Virus record (IMG/VR): IMGVR_UViG_3300043372_000294
Coordinates: 1 to 64,000 of that record
From: a virus
Lineage: Duplodnaviria > Caudoviricetes
Direction: 5' to 3' (one strand)
Length of the DNA: 64,000 nucleotides
A model generated the notes under the pieces. The model was not told the origin of the DNA and did not search any database. It saw only the letters and a program-made list of their open reading frames with translations. The translations under genes and the position numbers were made by a program. Below, piece by piece: positions 38,501 to 47,111 of the stretch; position 1 is the first letter of the stretch, and every line of letters starts with the position of its first letter.

Positions 38501-41327
38501 ACTTAAAACGATCAATAATAGCAGAGAAAGCTTCCTTGACCCTTTCGAAGCCAGCTTTTAAGGCATCAAGACCCGGCTTCATCGTAGCCATTATCTGACC
38601 CCAATGACTCTTTATACCCTTGAACAAAGTAATGAGAATAAATACTGCAGCAATAATTGCTGCAACAATTAAAGCAATCCAGCTAAACGCAACTACCCCC
38701 GCTGAAAGAACGCCACCAATTCCAGTAGCAAGTGAGGTAAACGCTGCCTTGAAACCACCGGAAAATATAGTGGCAATTCTTGGACCAAGCCCCGCGATGC
38801 CATTAACTGCACCAGTGGCACCAGTTTTGATGGCACCACCAATTTTCTTGGCAATAACAACAGGAGCAAGTTGAGAAACAAGACCGCCTTTCTGGGCGGC
38901 AGCAGTAGTCGCCAGACCAGCGGCCTGCTGCTCGGCAGCCACAAGATCCCCGTGCCTTGCTGCGGCATTAGTGAACTGCGCTGCAGTATTTGCATTAATA
39001 GCTATAGTTTCGTCTATCAACTCTAGTGCATTCAACTTCTCGGCAGTGGTTAAGCCGGTTGTCGTAGAAATAAGTAAATCTCTTGAAGCTATCAGATTTG
39101 CGTTAGTAATATGCTGACCATTTGACAATGTAATGTCAATAGGCTTCAACGCTAAACTTGCAGCTTCTGCATCAAATAGAGCCGTAGTTGCAGCAGCATT
39201 AGCCAACTTCGCTTGAGCCACACTAAGATTATTGCCAACTTGCATTTTGTCAAACTGACCCAGTTTACCAAAAACAGCATTCTTTATACCTCCGCCACCA
39301 AGCATAAAAGTTTTACTACCAAGTTGCATAACTCTATTAGTAGCTAAAAGTTGTGTATTCATCAAGGCTTGAGCATTAGTGATATTAGTAATACCCGGAA
39401 TCATAAAGGTAACAACTTTAAGCAAAGACATCAAAGAGTACTGAGCCATTGCTGCAGTATATTTAATTGGGCCCATAGCTGCAGCAAAAGCGCCAACAGC
39501 AAGTGCTACCTTATAAAAAATGGGGGGAGCATCTTGAAGTTTCTGCAGGAAAGCAAGAAGCTTCTCACCGACAGCAACAAGAGTTGGGGCAATATTAGCG
39601 CCAATCTGAATAAACAACTGATTCATTGCCGTTTTTAATCTTGCAATAGCAGTTGTGGGATCTTTCTTGTACATCTCAACTGCGTGCTTATATCTTTCGC
39701 TTGGATCATCAATATCAATTCCTTCGATCTTAATTTCACCAGAATAAATCATACCCTTAATAAAATCGGAAGTAACATTTTCAAGTGTTATTGTTCCAGC
39801 AGCAAGTCGATCTAATTCAATTTTACCTGCAGCAAGATCATTGAAATACGAGTTCATACGAGCAGCTTGGCGAGTACCGAAAAGCTCAGGTGCGACAGAT
39901 GCTCTCTGTTTATCACTCATACCATCAAACTGAGCACCAAGTGCAAGCATCTTCGCTGATGCATCAGACATATTGCCATTAGCATTGAAAAAAGTAAAAC
40001 CTAAATCTGCAATGTGTTCTTTTGCTTTTTTAGTAGGATTAACAAGCCTCTGAAGAGCAAACTTAAGACCATGAGCAGCTTCAGTCGCAGGAATACCGCG
40101 ATTATACATACCAGCAAGAGACGAAGCAGTAGCGGCAGCAGAAAAGCCCATCTGAGACATAACAGGGGCAACCTCGGGAATACCGGCAGCAAGATCTGCA
40201 AGCTTCACGGAAGTATTATCAGCAATAGCATTCAACTGACTCATGACCACATTGGTCTTTTCGATAGACTCCATCATGGTCAGATCAGGATCATCAGAAA
40301 AAAGCGCCTTAGTGGTTCTGAAGAACTGGAATGCTGCATCAGTATCCATATTACCAAGAAGGGAAAGATTCTGGACACTCTTGACATATTCATCAATATT
40401 CTTAGAACCACGAACACCTAACTGAACAACTTCCTGATAAGTATGAGCAACAGCTTTAGTGCTAGCGCCATAAGCTAAAGCAGTAGCATTAATTTCTTTG
40501 CGTAACTTGTCATACTTAACATCGTTCATGCCAGCAGCATTTTTATCTAATCCTTTGAAATCCGTAACTTTTTTAATACTAAGAATTTCAGTCTCAACAG
40601 ATCTCCAAGAAGAGATAGCCCTACTAGCCATCAAACCAAGAGGGAGGCTGATACCTTGAATCATCTGCCTGCCAGCCCACTGCTGCTCCTTTACCGCTGC
40701 ACCCCAAGCCTGCGTGTAACCATCTAGGTTAGATTTAGCAAGCCGAATCATCGAAGAGACTCTCTGCATACCAGAAAGTCCCTGCACTAAAGTGGGAGCA
40801 CCGCCAGCAGCAGCCCGAATGCTTCTCTCGGTAGCAATGCCCGCCAAAGAAGTATCCTTCAAAGCAGAATTGGCTGTACGCATATTAGTTATAAAATGGC
40901 CAAGAGTCTTGGGCGTCGCCATGACAGCATAGCCAACTCTGTCCATACTCTCGGCAAAAAGTTTGGCGCCGTCTTGGCCATATTTGGTTTGCATATCAAA
41001 TGCTTTACCAAACTGATTTCTAGTTACATTTGTAAGAACAGCACCAAGCTTTGATGTCTCCATACTTAGAGCATTAGTGCTTGCAATATTTTTATTACTA
41101 ATTATTTGGTGTTTAGCCTGCTGCTGCTCAATTTTTGTTAATGTAGATAAATATTTTTTAGCCAAAGCATCAGCTTGAGCGAAAACAGAAACACTATTAG
41201 TAGTTTTTGCCATTTGACTAATTTTTTCAAGAGCAAATTTAATTTGGTTTAAGCTATCTATAACCGAAGAATTGTTACCCGGAATAGCATTAAACCTTAG
41301 AGTAATTAGCTCATCACTATTTGCCAT
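35568..41327 (-). CDS. tape measure protein
   Basis: 1919 aa, Ala/Gly-rich, TP901-type core, hydrophobic middle segment, GEGG.DE.V near the C terminus; follows the tail chaperones. Confidence 0.92.
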   Translation of the reverse strand: MANSDELITLRFNAIPGNNSSVIDSLNQIKFALEKISQMAKTTNSVSVFAQADALAKKYLSTLTKIEQQQAKHQIISNKNIASTNALSMETSKLGAVLTNVTRNQFGKAFDMQTKYGQDGAKLFAESMDRVGYAVMATPKTLGHFITNMRTANSALKDTSLAGIATERSIRAAAGGAPTLVQGLSGMQRVSSMIRLAKSNLDGYTQAWGAAVKEQQWAGRQMIQGISLPLGLMASRAISSWRSVETEILSIKKVTDFKGLDKNAAGMNDVKYDKLRKEINATALAYGASTKAVAHTYQEVVQLGVRGSKNIDEYVKSVQNLSLLGNMDTDAAFQFFRTTKALFSDDPDLTMMESIEKTNVVMSQLNAIADNTSVKLADLAAGIPEVAPVMSQMGFSAAATASSLAGMYNRGIPATEAAHGLKFALQRLVNPTKKAKEHIADLGFTFFNANGNMSDASAKMLALGAQFDGMSDKQRASVAPELFGTRQAARMNSYFNDLAAGKIELDRLAAGTITLENVTSDFIKGMIYSGEIKIEGIDIDDPSERYKHAVEMYKKDPTTAIARLKTAMNQLFIQIGANIAPTLVAVGEKLLAFLQKLQDAPPIFYKVALAVGAFAAAMGPIKYTAAMAQYSLMSLLKVVTFMIPGITNITNAQALMNTQLLATNRVMQLGSKTFMLGGGGIKNAVFGKLGQFDKMQVGNNLSVAQAKLANAAATTALFDAEAASLALKPIDITLSNGQHITNANLIASRDLLISTTTGLTTAEKLNALELIDETIAINANTAAQFTNAAARHGDLVAAEQQAAGLATTAAAQKGGLVSQLAPVVIAKKIGGAIKTGATGAVNGIAGLGPRIATIFSGGFKAAFTSLATGIGGVLSAGVVAFSWIALIVAAIIAAVFILITLFKGIKSHWGQIMATMKPGLDALKAGFERVKEAFSAIIDRFKSIIGQLGTGGSEGEKASSVWEGIGAAAGKVAEIIGTALGWLGNLIGWLMPAFELIFYTVKDMVGFVFALFTGDWVNALNYAGAMLYELLGRPVVSVAQFVAGVFARLVDKILGGSSAILKAIGLGDVGRSLDGWGDSMRDFANNPSWVSDLDKTFRSGLGGAFGRAVNEGANAAKPDAQKAGNDLGTDVGEAMNEGVADSASGTSWVETWISKVYSNLDKELEKIKKSAMASLQKAQDAAMKVYDARIKAIDDQEKAEEKLFKTQEYLAKRREALDKRELDNNNYKKARFAAVYEGRYDDARKLDLEHSKTVAENNKAINDIDNDRNKDLLKEERATKKDQINLEKEAAKEAFDIQKQSLEDHIDLIIKYAPATIGEFQSMMDQINQIVVDNGGELPAVAQDAMNRMLEVFKETNGQIADEFLRAGKDSRSAWMIGFASANSVAIIATQAGTPTGGPTGGTTGAAKALASLNPEEKAAFDSFITRANMPPEREPSQRDILRWVGSGAGMGSVGASGTTAGMNTIRPEAKSVTANEVDNAITKYSGSTASYRDENSNKSSYIESEPLHNFGEVFKILALLDKGVSENQIKDKALYLGFTDETITAALNIYKRGARQATVTSQSVEDSWGKTTTRISTAFGVSEKEIIRHGDNINRNFTVYTDKMGSQWKVVNGVLQDQFGAAAEFIKNESGEVTGVQIIGTNQVRDVTISNIGKAEEIFKQLTTEGIRPGTAEAEALIQKIKDLGFEVLQVNGKTVLINIDLNDPNHVVKTLNSIDTTGANFGETIWINGKPMIYTAAGLADNPAYKQNEAGIWVKAATGGMYNANAGAFKMAMGGVVQYAGGGSLVENRKNGILANIGEGGYDEYVITTDPKYRAANVGYLAAASAQLGVRAQAGAAIRAAAGYSMGFSGSSRSSGGGGGGGQSGDVYICVETFVGEEAWFNELMKKYDMKITPQERKKIGQQRRTISSYNDRYSIK

Positions 41328-41356
41328 GCTTTAGTCTCCACACTCACTAAACTGCT

Positions 41357-41737
41357 CTATTCCATTATAGAATAACCTAGATTTATAGGCAACCTAGAAA
41401 CCTGCTCTTGGCCATAAATAGGTTCTACTTCACCGCTCTTGCCGGAATTCGCCTCCCAAGGCTGAACGTACTCAGGATCGACAGTTTGCCTCCTTGACGG
41501 AGGCTCATCTTCTTCAACATCTGCACCCATAGCCGCAGCGACAGTCTTTGCAAGACGATTTTGGCGAATCATAGTGGCCTCATAAATTTCAATAAGCTCA
41601 TCAAGACTAAGAGAGTCCTCAAGCTCAAAAAAATTTTTCCACGAACCACATTCACAGAAAATCTCTCGCTCTAAATCTATAAGAGGAATATCATCCAGAG
41701 TAGTCCCTGAATCATCATCCCCGCTTACGCGTTTGGG
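41357..41737 (-). CDS. tail assembly chaperone, -1 frameshift extension (gpT-like)
   Basis: Frame is open from CCC AAA C (41737) to 41357 and bounded by TGA directly upstream; WKNFFELEDSLSLDEL. Confidence 0.85.
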   Translation of the reverse strand, partial: PKRVSGDDDSGTTLDDIPLIDLEREIFCECGSWKNFFELEDSLSLDELIEIYEATMIRQNRLAKTVAAAMGADVEEDEPPSRRQTVDPEYVQPWEANSGKSGEVEPIYGQEQVSRLPINLGYSIME

Positions 41738-42033
41738 TCAGTGCCCATTCCAGCAGCAATAAGCTGATTGAACGACTTGATGTCAAGAAGAGTCTCAAGC
41801 TCATCAAGATCTGCTGCAAGCTCAGGCTCAATGCTCTCAAGAATAATTGAGGCAGCCTGAACCATAAGGTCAACAGACTCCTCGTCATCAGAGGAAGCCT
41901 CCATAGACTTCATAACAGAATTCAGTTTACGAAGTTGACGAAGAGAAACAGGATAAATAGTTCTAGTCTTGTCAGAAAAAACAATATCCATACCCGGACG
42001 TACATTATTACTAGCTTTTGGCATTACACACAC
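41725..42033 (-). CDS. tail assembly chaperone (gpG-like)
   Basis: Between major tail and tape measure; ends DPNA. Confidence 0.8.
   Translation of the reverse strand: MCVMPKASNNVRPGMDIVFSDKTRTIYPVSLRQLRKLNSVMKSMEASSDDEESVDLMVQAASIILESIEPELAADLDELETLLDIKSFNQLIAAGMGTDPNA
41731..41737 (-). other. -1 ribosomal slippery heptamer C CCA AAC
   Basis: XXXYYYZ in the correct phase, one codon before the chaperone stop. Confidence 0.85.
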
Positions 42034-42052
42034 TCCTATAAGGTAAAAGGCT

Positions 42053-42094
42053 ATTATAGCACAAAAAGGAGCGGATTTCTCCGCTCCCCTTTGT
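42053..42094 (-). terminator. terminator after major tail gene, running directly into a TGCTATAAT promoter
   Basis: GGAGCGGA-GAAA-TCCGCTCC-TTTTTG-TGCTATAAT. Confidence 0.8.
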
Positions 42095-42114
42095 ATTGCT
42101 ATTAATTCTTAAGA

Positions 42115-42684
42115 TCAGACCTGATCAACGATGGTGCCATATTCCCGGCCAGTAGAGCCTTGATCGGGAAGCAGACGGAAGGTAACCGGGAACGAAATGT
42201 TCTCAGCACGCTTCAGCATATGTGCGCTTGAATCATACTGAACAACTCGGTTGCAAGTATAAACGCGGGTCTTGGTTACAAGGCCACTGGAACCGGGGGC
42301 GGTGCCGGTGATCCTAATCGAACGCTCAACCGGATAAACTGACTGAAGGCCAATACGAAGAGTAGTGGACCCAGCAGCAGGCGTACTAGTCAGAATCTCA
42401 TTTCCGGCGCCCGATGTCTCAAGGTTCCAAGCGTAAGCAAGGTTTTGAAGCGTAGCTTCAGCAAGCTTAGTCTTTACGGTAACCTTAATCTTCGAAACAA
42501 TAACGCGAGCGGCATCACCGAACTGATCAACCTCAATGTCAACCATATCTGGCTCCCAAGAGATTTCAGCGCCATCCTGCGTAGCGCCAATATCAGCGTA
42601 AGTGCCGATAACACCTGCAGTGCTGATCTGGGCGATCTCAAGAACACCCTCGCCAGTAATAATATTTGAAAAGTTAACTGCCAT
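42115..42684 (-). CDS. major tail (tube) protein
   Basis: GATQDG.E......D.EVDQ, LAEATL.NL, FRLLPD...YG.I.D. Confidence 0.85.
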   Translation of the reverse strand: MAVNFSNIITGEGVLEIAQISTAGVIGTYADIGATQDGAEISWEPDMVDIEVDQFGDAARVIVSKIKVTVKTKLAEATLQNLAYAWNLETSGAGNEILTSTPAAGSTTLRIGLQSVYPVERSIRITGTAPGSSGLVTKTRVYTCNRVVQYDSSAHMLKRAENISFPVTFRLLPDQGSTGREYGTIVDQV

Positions 42685-42793
42685 TTCATTCTCCTATTCT
42701 AGAATAAATTAAAGTGAGTATTAAACTCAACAACATAGACCTTTAGAACACACGTTTGTGGAGATTTTACCTTATAGCCACTGCTCCATATAT

Positions 42794-42822
42794 AGATTAA
42801 CTGAATTTTACTTATAAAGCAA
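42794..42822 (-). promoter_or_regulatory. sigmaA-type promoter for the major tail gene
   Basis: TTGCTT, 17-bp spacer, TAATCT. Confidence 0.6.
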
Positions 42823-42824
42823 AA

Positions 42825-43232
42825 TTAGATTTCTATATATCCAACCTCAAAATTGCGTGTAACACTAGCAAATCCATCACGCTCAATGGCTGGATACATC
42901 TCGCCTCCCGCTAATCTTGACCAGCAGAGCCTATAATCTGGTGTGGTGAACAACGCTTTTAAAGAATCTACGCTATCACCGATATTAAGAAATCCATCTA
43001 TTAACTTCGCAATATCTTTAGCCCTAGAGAGATTTGTATCAAAAACATAATAAGTCAAAATTGATTCTCTCAACCAATATTGCTCAACGCTACGAGTGGC
43101 CACAGACTCATCCCAAGTGATAAAAGGCGCAACAGAGTCATCATAGCCATAAAGAGGAGTTATATCAATTTCTGTATAACCATTAGTTACCAGATATTGT
43201 TTTAACACTGGATTAATATATACACCTATCAT
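42825..43232 (-). CDS. tail terminator-like protein
   Basis: Size and position upstream of major tail. Confidence 0.55.
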   Translation of the reverse strand: MIGVYINPVLKQYLVTNGYTEIDITPLYGYDDSVAPFITWDESVATRSVEQYWLRESILTYYVFDTNLSRAKDIAKLIDGFLNIGDSVDSLKALFTTPDYRLCWSRLAGGEMYPAIERDGFASVTRNFEVGYIEI

Positions 43233-43645
43233 TTTAACATCCTATAATAAGCTCTAGCTTGACGCTGCGCTCTTCTGATCGCACTATCTATCAACTCTTT
43301 ATGAGATTTTGACCCCGGATGATCAACACTTCCCGCAAATTGTCCGCCACCAATCGGCATTGGGCCTGAGGATGCAATGTGATGCCTTTTAGTCCCATGA
43401 TATATAAAAAGACCAATATTATCTCTGGCACGAACAGAAACATTTTGAACATGACTACCACCAGAAACTTGAACAATAAAATGTTTACTTTTTTCCCCAA
43501 TAGCTTGATATAAATTTGCAATAATCAAAGTTTTCACCATATGAGATAATTGCATATTTCTTATATACAACAAGGAATTTCTTTGAATTAGTCTTTGCTC
43601 TACTTTTTTCATAGCTTGCAGATTTTTGATTTCAACAGTAATCAT
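43229..43645 (-). CDS. neck / HK97 gp10-like protein
   Basis: GT..H.I...F...V.HPG motif. Confidence 0.6.
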   Translation of the reverse strand: MITVEIKNLQAMKKVEQRLIQRNSLLYIRNMQLSHMVKTLIIANLYQAIGEKSKHFIVQVSGGSHVQNVSVRARDNIGLFIYHGTKRHHIASSGPMPIGGGQFAGSVDHPGSKSHKELIDSAIRRAQRQARAYYRMLK

Positions 43646-44019
43646 TCTATCACCGTCTTAACTCTAACCTGAATATGCTGAACTCTTCCAGAGAATCCAA
43701 CGTGCTTATCAATCTGCATAATCTGAAGCCACCTAGAGTCAACAACTTCCCCGCCAACAGCAACTCTTAAATTCTTAAGCCTTGTAGTGTATGAAATATC
43801 GGCATCATGGGGAAAAAAGATAGTAAAATAATCTGCCTGCTCAATAGTAGGCGAAGTGCGGATCGCAGTACTAGATGCTGAAGGAACATATGAACAGTAC
43901 TGATTTTCAGTCTGCAAGTTCCAGGAAGCATTCTCCTGACCCATATCATTACGGGTGGATACTCTGCTATAAACATCAACTTTATGGGCAAAAGAGATAT
44001 GGGATCGGCTAGATAACAT
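43642..44019 (-). CDS. head-tail stopper/joining protein
   Basis: N..GQ....W motif; synteny. Confidence 0.6.
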   Translation of the reverse strand: MLSSRSHISFAHKVDVYSRVSTRNDMGQENASWNLQTENQYCSYVPSASSTAIRTSPTIEQADYFTIFFPHDADISYTTRLKNLRVAVGGEVVDSRWLQIMQIDKHVGFSGRVQHIQVRVKTVIE

Positions 44020-44881
44020 AATCCATCGTCCAGAGCACAAAGTCCATTAACAAAGTATCAACATCAATGTTGCCAGTGGAGTTTAAGATAGAAGGATCAA
44101 ATTGAATTCTCAAAGAATCTTGCTCAATTTTTGTCACCCCATAACGACGATTTTCACGCTTAACGTCATTCAGAAGATCACAGATTAGAAGTTCAGTTGC
44201 CTGCTTGATTTCCCAAGGAACACTGAACCATCCCCAGTCGCCCGTAACCTTAACAATTGTATACAAAGGAAAGGTATATCGAACTAAGTCGTCTCTGCGG
44301 CTATCAAAGTAAGGATAATCAGTATTTAACTTAATAAAATATTTTGATCGAAGATCTATCGCAGCACGTTCTGTGAAATCTGACTCATCAATAAGAACTT
44401 CGGATACATTATTTAACCTCGCCCCAAGATAAATTTTTTCTCGTCCATTGCCATCATAAGAGATACTTTTATTTTTAATAAATTGAAAATCTTGCCCACA
44501 ATAAGTGTCAATGATTCTTCTAGCAAGCTTCTCGTTTGCATCAAATTTTGCAGTATATTCGGGATAATCAAACTCGGGGTTATTATCAAAAAATTCTGTG
44601 CTAGTAATATAAATATCTTCTAACTTAAATTCAGTATAAGCATAGAAGGATTTTGTTGAAAACGTACAAGACCACTTAATTCTATATACACCTGCTGCGC
44701 CAAGCAAGTCGTCACTAATAGCGACAGAGTACCTATTCCCAGAAACAAGAGTTGGGGCTGCAGCAGCAACTACAACATCACCAAAATCATAATAAACAAC
44801 AACAGAAACACTCCCATTATCCGGGGTGCTTGGGTAAGTAAAACTCTCAGTTACAGAAGAATAAAGAGGATAAGTGTTCAT
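44009..44881 (-). CDS. head-tail adaptor
   Basis: AR..ID.YC.Q.F, G.WG...VP..IKQA..LL. Leaderless ATG 5 nt after TGTTATAAT (44887-44895). Confidence 0.75.
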   Translation of the reverse strand: MNTYPLYSSVTESFTYPSTPDNGSVSVVVYYDFGDVVVAAAAPTLVSGNRYSVAISDDLLGAAGVYRIKWSCTFSTKSFYAYTEFKLEDIYITSTEFFDNNPEFDYPEYTAKFDANEKLARRIIDTYCGQDFQFIKNKSISYDGNGREKIYLGARLNNVSEVLIDESDFTERAAIDLRSKYFIKLNTDYPYFDSRRDDLVRYTFPLYTIVKVTGDWGWFSVPWEIKQATELLICDLLNDVKRENRRYGVTKIEQDSLRIQFDPSILNSTGNIDVDTLLMDFVLWTMDYVI

Positions 44882-44907
44882 AACAAATTATAACACTTAG
44901 CATTTTA

Positions 44908-45228
44908 TTAGCCAAGTTTATAAAACTCTTCAACCATCTGCTTGGTAGCATAAGCAAAGTTATAAGGCTGAGTTTGCACTAAGTTATTAGCAACTCCTCC
45001 ATCAAGAAGCTGAAAAGGGTCTTCCTTAGTAAAGATAACATCTTCCGCATGATAAGAATGTCCACCGACCATTTTCACCATGATCTTCTCAAGCATCAAA
45101 GCGGTGGTAGCATCAACTGTAGGGTCCGGAGAGGCCTCTAGAATCGTCTCTGCCGTCTTCTTCTTTCGTTGTGCAGTAGTTTTAGCTACTTCTCTTTTAA
45201 CTTCATTCTCAACAACTTCTTCTGTCAT
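44908..45228 (-). CDS. small virion-associated hypothetical protein
   Basis: Start MTEEVV after AGGAG. Confidence 0.6.
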   Translation of the reverse strand: MTEEVVENEVKREVAKTTAQRKKKTAETILEASPDPTVDATTALMLEKIMVKMVGGHSYHAEDVIFTKEDPFQLLDGGVANNLVQTQPYNFAYATKQMVEEFYKLG

Positions 45229-45241
45229 TTTATCTCCTAAA

Positions 45242-45277
45242 ATACTAAAGCCGGGGATTTCTCCCCGGCTAAAGTAT
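45242..45277 (-). terminator. hairpin/terminator after the major capsid gene
   Basis: AGCCGGGGA-GAAA-TCCCCGGCT; TGGTATACT overlaps its 5' side. Confidence 0.7.
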
Positions 45278-45301
45278 ACCACATTTTAAAGGCTACTCAG
45301 A

Positions 45302-46384
45302 TTACGACCGGACTTTGACATTTCTTACGTGCACATAGCTAGCACCATTCTCAATTGCGTTAGCAACACGAATGAACTGCGTGTACTCAATGGTGTCCTT
45401 CTTGGGCTTGAACTCACGATAGACAACGATGTCACGCTGAATGCCGATGATACGGTTCTGCGGGAACGTAAGCTCAACAATGCCGTGGTTGCCAGAGGCG
45501 GCAGTATAAGTGCCAGTCTCAGTCTCAGAGTAGAGTGGAACCTCAAGCAGCGGAATGCCGAACGGACGAATCCCACCGACATAAGCCGTACCAGCACCAC
45601 CCTGAGCGCCACCCATACCCTGATTGACGATAGCATCGCCCAGAGTTGAACCAAAAGCAGCACCAAGGCCAGAGCCAGTCGTACCAGCACCAGCGCCGGG
45701 ATTGTAAGTAGCGTTAGCGGAAGCATCAAGAGAAAGACTCCAGATGTAGTCCTGAAGCAGCGAGCTAGAGGTAGAGAAAGCAAGCTGCGAACGACGCTGC
45801 AGGTACTTGTTCGGAAGGGCACGAAGAGCCTTGTCGAAAACTGAGCGAGTAAGGTTAGCGCCAGCAGCGTCGACAACAACACCGACACCAGCAAGACCCG
45901 AACGGCCACGGGAAAGCGACTTGAAGCCATCAAGGGCAACAAGAAGCTGATCAGCCGATGACTTATCACCGTTAACCATAAGATCCTCAAGGTCATTTGA
46001 AGTCTGGCGAGCCATCATTGAAGCGATATGATCCTCAAGAGAATCACCCTCAATGTTGTCCTCAAGACCCTCAGTGGTAAGCTCCCAATCAAGACGAAGC
46101 TTAACAGTCGTCATCGAAACCTTCGAAAAGGTAGGAGTAGCATCAGTCTGATTGGTGGTAGCGCCTTCAGTGGCAACCTTCATAATACGAGTGCCAAGAT
46201 CAACCTTATCAATCTCAACGGTCGGAGCGTTCATACGAACAATACGGGCCGTCTTCATAAGGACAGACTGGTCAAACAGGTAATCGATAAAACGATTTGA
46301 CTGTCTGGGCTTCAGAATACCACCGCTACCGGCACCGATAGCACTATTATTTACAACTTTTTCTAAAAGATCTCTCTTATCCAT
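45302..46384 (-). CDS. major capsid protein (HK97 fold)
   Basis: GG.L.P.Q..RFIDY, LEDNIEG, DLEDL..NGD, FKPKKDTIEYT; GGAGG RBS; strong codon bias. Confidence 0.92.
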   Translation of the reverse strand: MDKRDLLEKVVNNSAIGAGSGGILKPRQSNRFIDYLFDQSVLMKTARIVRMNAPTVEIDKVDLGTRIMKVATEGATTNQTDATPTFSKVSMTTVKLRLDWELTTEGLEDNIEGDSLEDHIASMMARQTSNDLEDLMVNGDKSSADQLLVALDGFKSLSRGRSGLAGVGVVVDAAGANLTRSVFDKALRALPNKYLQRRSQLAFSTSSSLLQDYIWSLSLDASANATYNPGAGAGTTGSGLGAAFGSTLGDAIVNQGMGGAQGGAGTAYVGGIRPFGIPLLEVPLYSETETGTYTAASGNHGIVELTFPQNRIIGIQRDIVVYREFKPKKDTIEYTQFIRVANAIENGASYVHVRNVKVRS

Positions 46385-46400
46385 TATTCACCTCCACTAA

Positions 46401-47111
46401 TCACGAATCATAACCGAGGGCTTTTACGACCTCGGTAGGGACGAACATTCCGCCCCAAAAGCTTTCAGATTCGGCACTCTTGGCGAGAACCTCATCCTCC
46501 GCAAAACCATCGGCCTCTATGTCAGCCGACTTCTTCCCTGCACCTGAATTTGCAACCTTCTCAAGTTCACCCGAAAGCTCATCAGCAGCATCCTTAGCCT
46601 CAGAAACGGACTTTTCGATAGCATCGATCTTCCCGTCAACTTCGGCTGTGATATCGGCCTTGACCTTCTCAAGCTTCTCATCAAGAAGAGCGCCCAGTCC
46701 TTCAAGAACTTTCTCGAAATCCATTTCTTCTTCTCCTTCTGTTACAGACAGTTCAATGTCTGTCTGACTATCTACTGACTTAATCGTGACTTCCTCAAGA
46801 GCGAACTCCCCCGGACCCTGACCAGTCAGAGAACTATCGCCACTGACAGTTTCAGCGCGCGTTGCATTGGTGATATCTGCCTTCGGCGTAGTGCTTCCGA
46901 CAGACTCCTCAAGCATTCCTCCGCCAACATTGATAGTTACTCTAGGAGCATTATCCATGTTGCCTTCAGAAACAATTTTAAGGTTGTGATTCATACTAAC
47001 AACATCAACAACCTGACCCTTTTCAACAGAAGAATCTTTCCCAAACAGGAAAGATCCAAGCTTTGACAAAATATTTTGTTTTTGAGTATCTGTAAAATCT
47101 TCGTTGGCCAT
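46401..47111 (-). CDS. predicted nested in-frame scaffolding protein
   Basis: Internal TTGCAT-17-TAATAT promoter with an in-frame ATG 7 nt downstream. Confidence 0.55.
   Translation of the reverse strand: MANEDFTDTQKQNILSKLGSFLFGKDSSVEKGQVVDVVSMNHNLKIVSEGNMDNAPRVTINVGGGMLEESVGSTTPKADITNATRAETVSGDSSLTGQGPGEFALEEVTIKSVDSQTDIELSVTEGEEEMDFEKVLEGLGALLDEKLEKVKADITAEVDGKIDAIEKSVSEAKDAADELSGELEKVANSGAGKKSADIEADGFAEDEVLAKSAESESFWGGMFVPTEVVKALGYDS

Noticed and set aside
45325-45996. 223-aa alternative-frame ORF inside the major capsid gene
   Set aside because: It is a Leu/Val-rich same-strand shadow of strong codon bias with no initiation signal.
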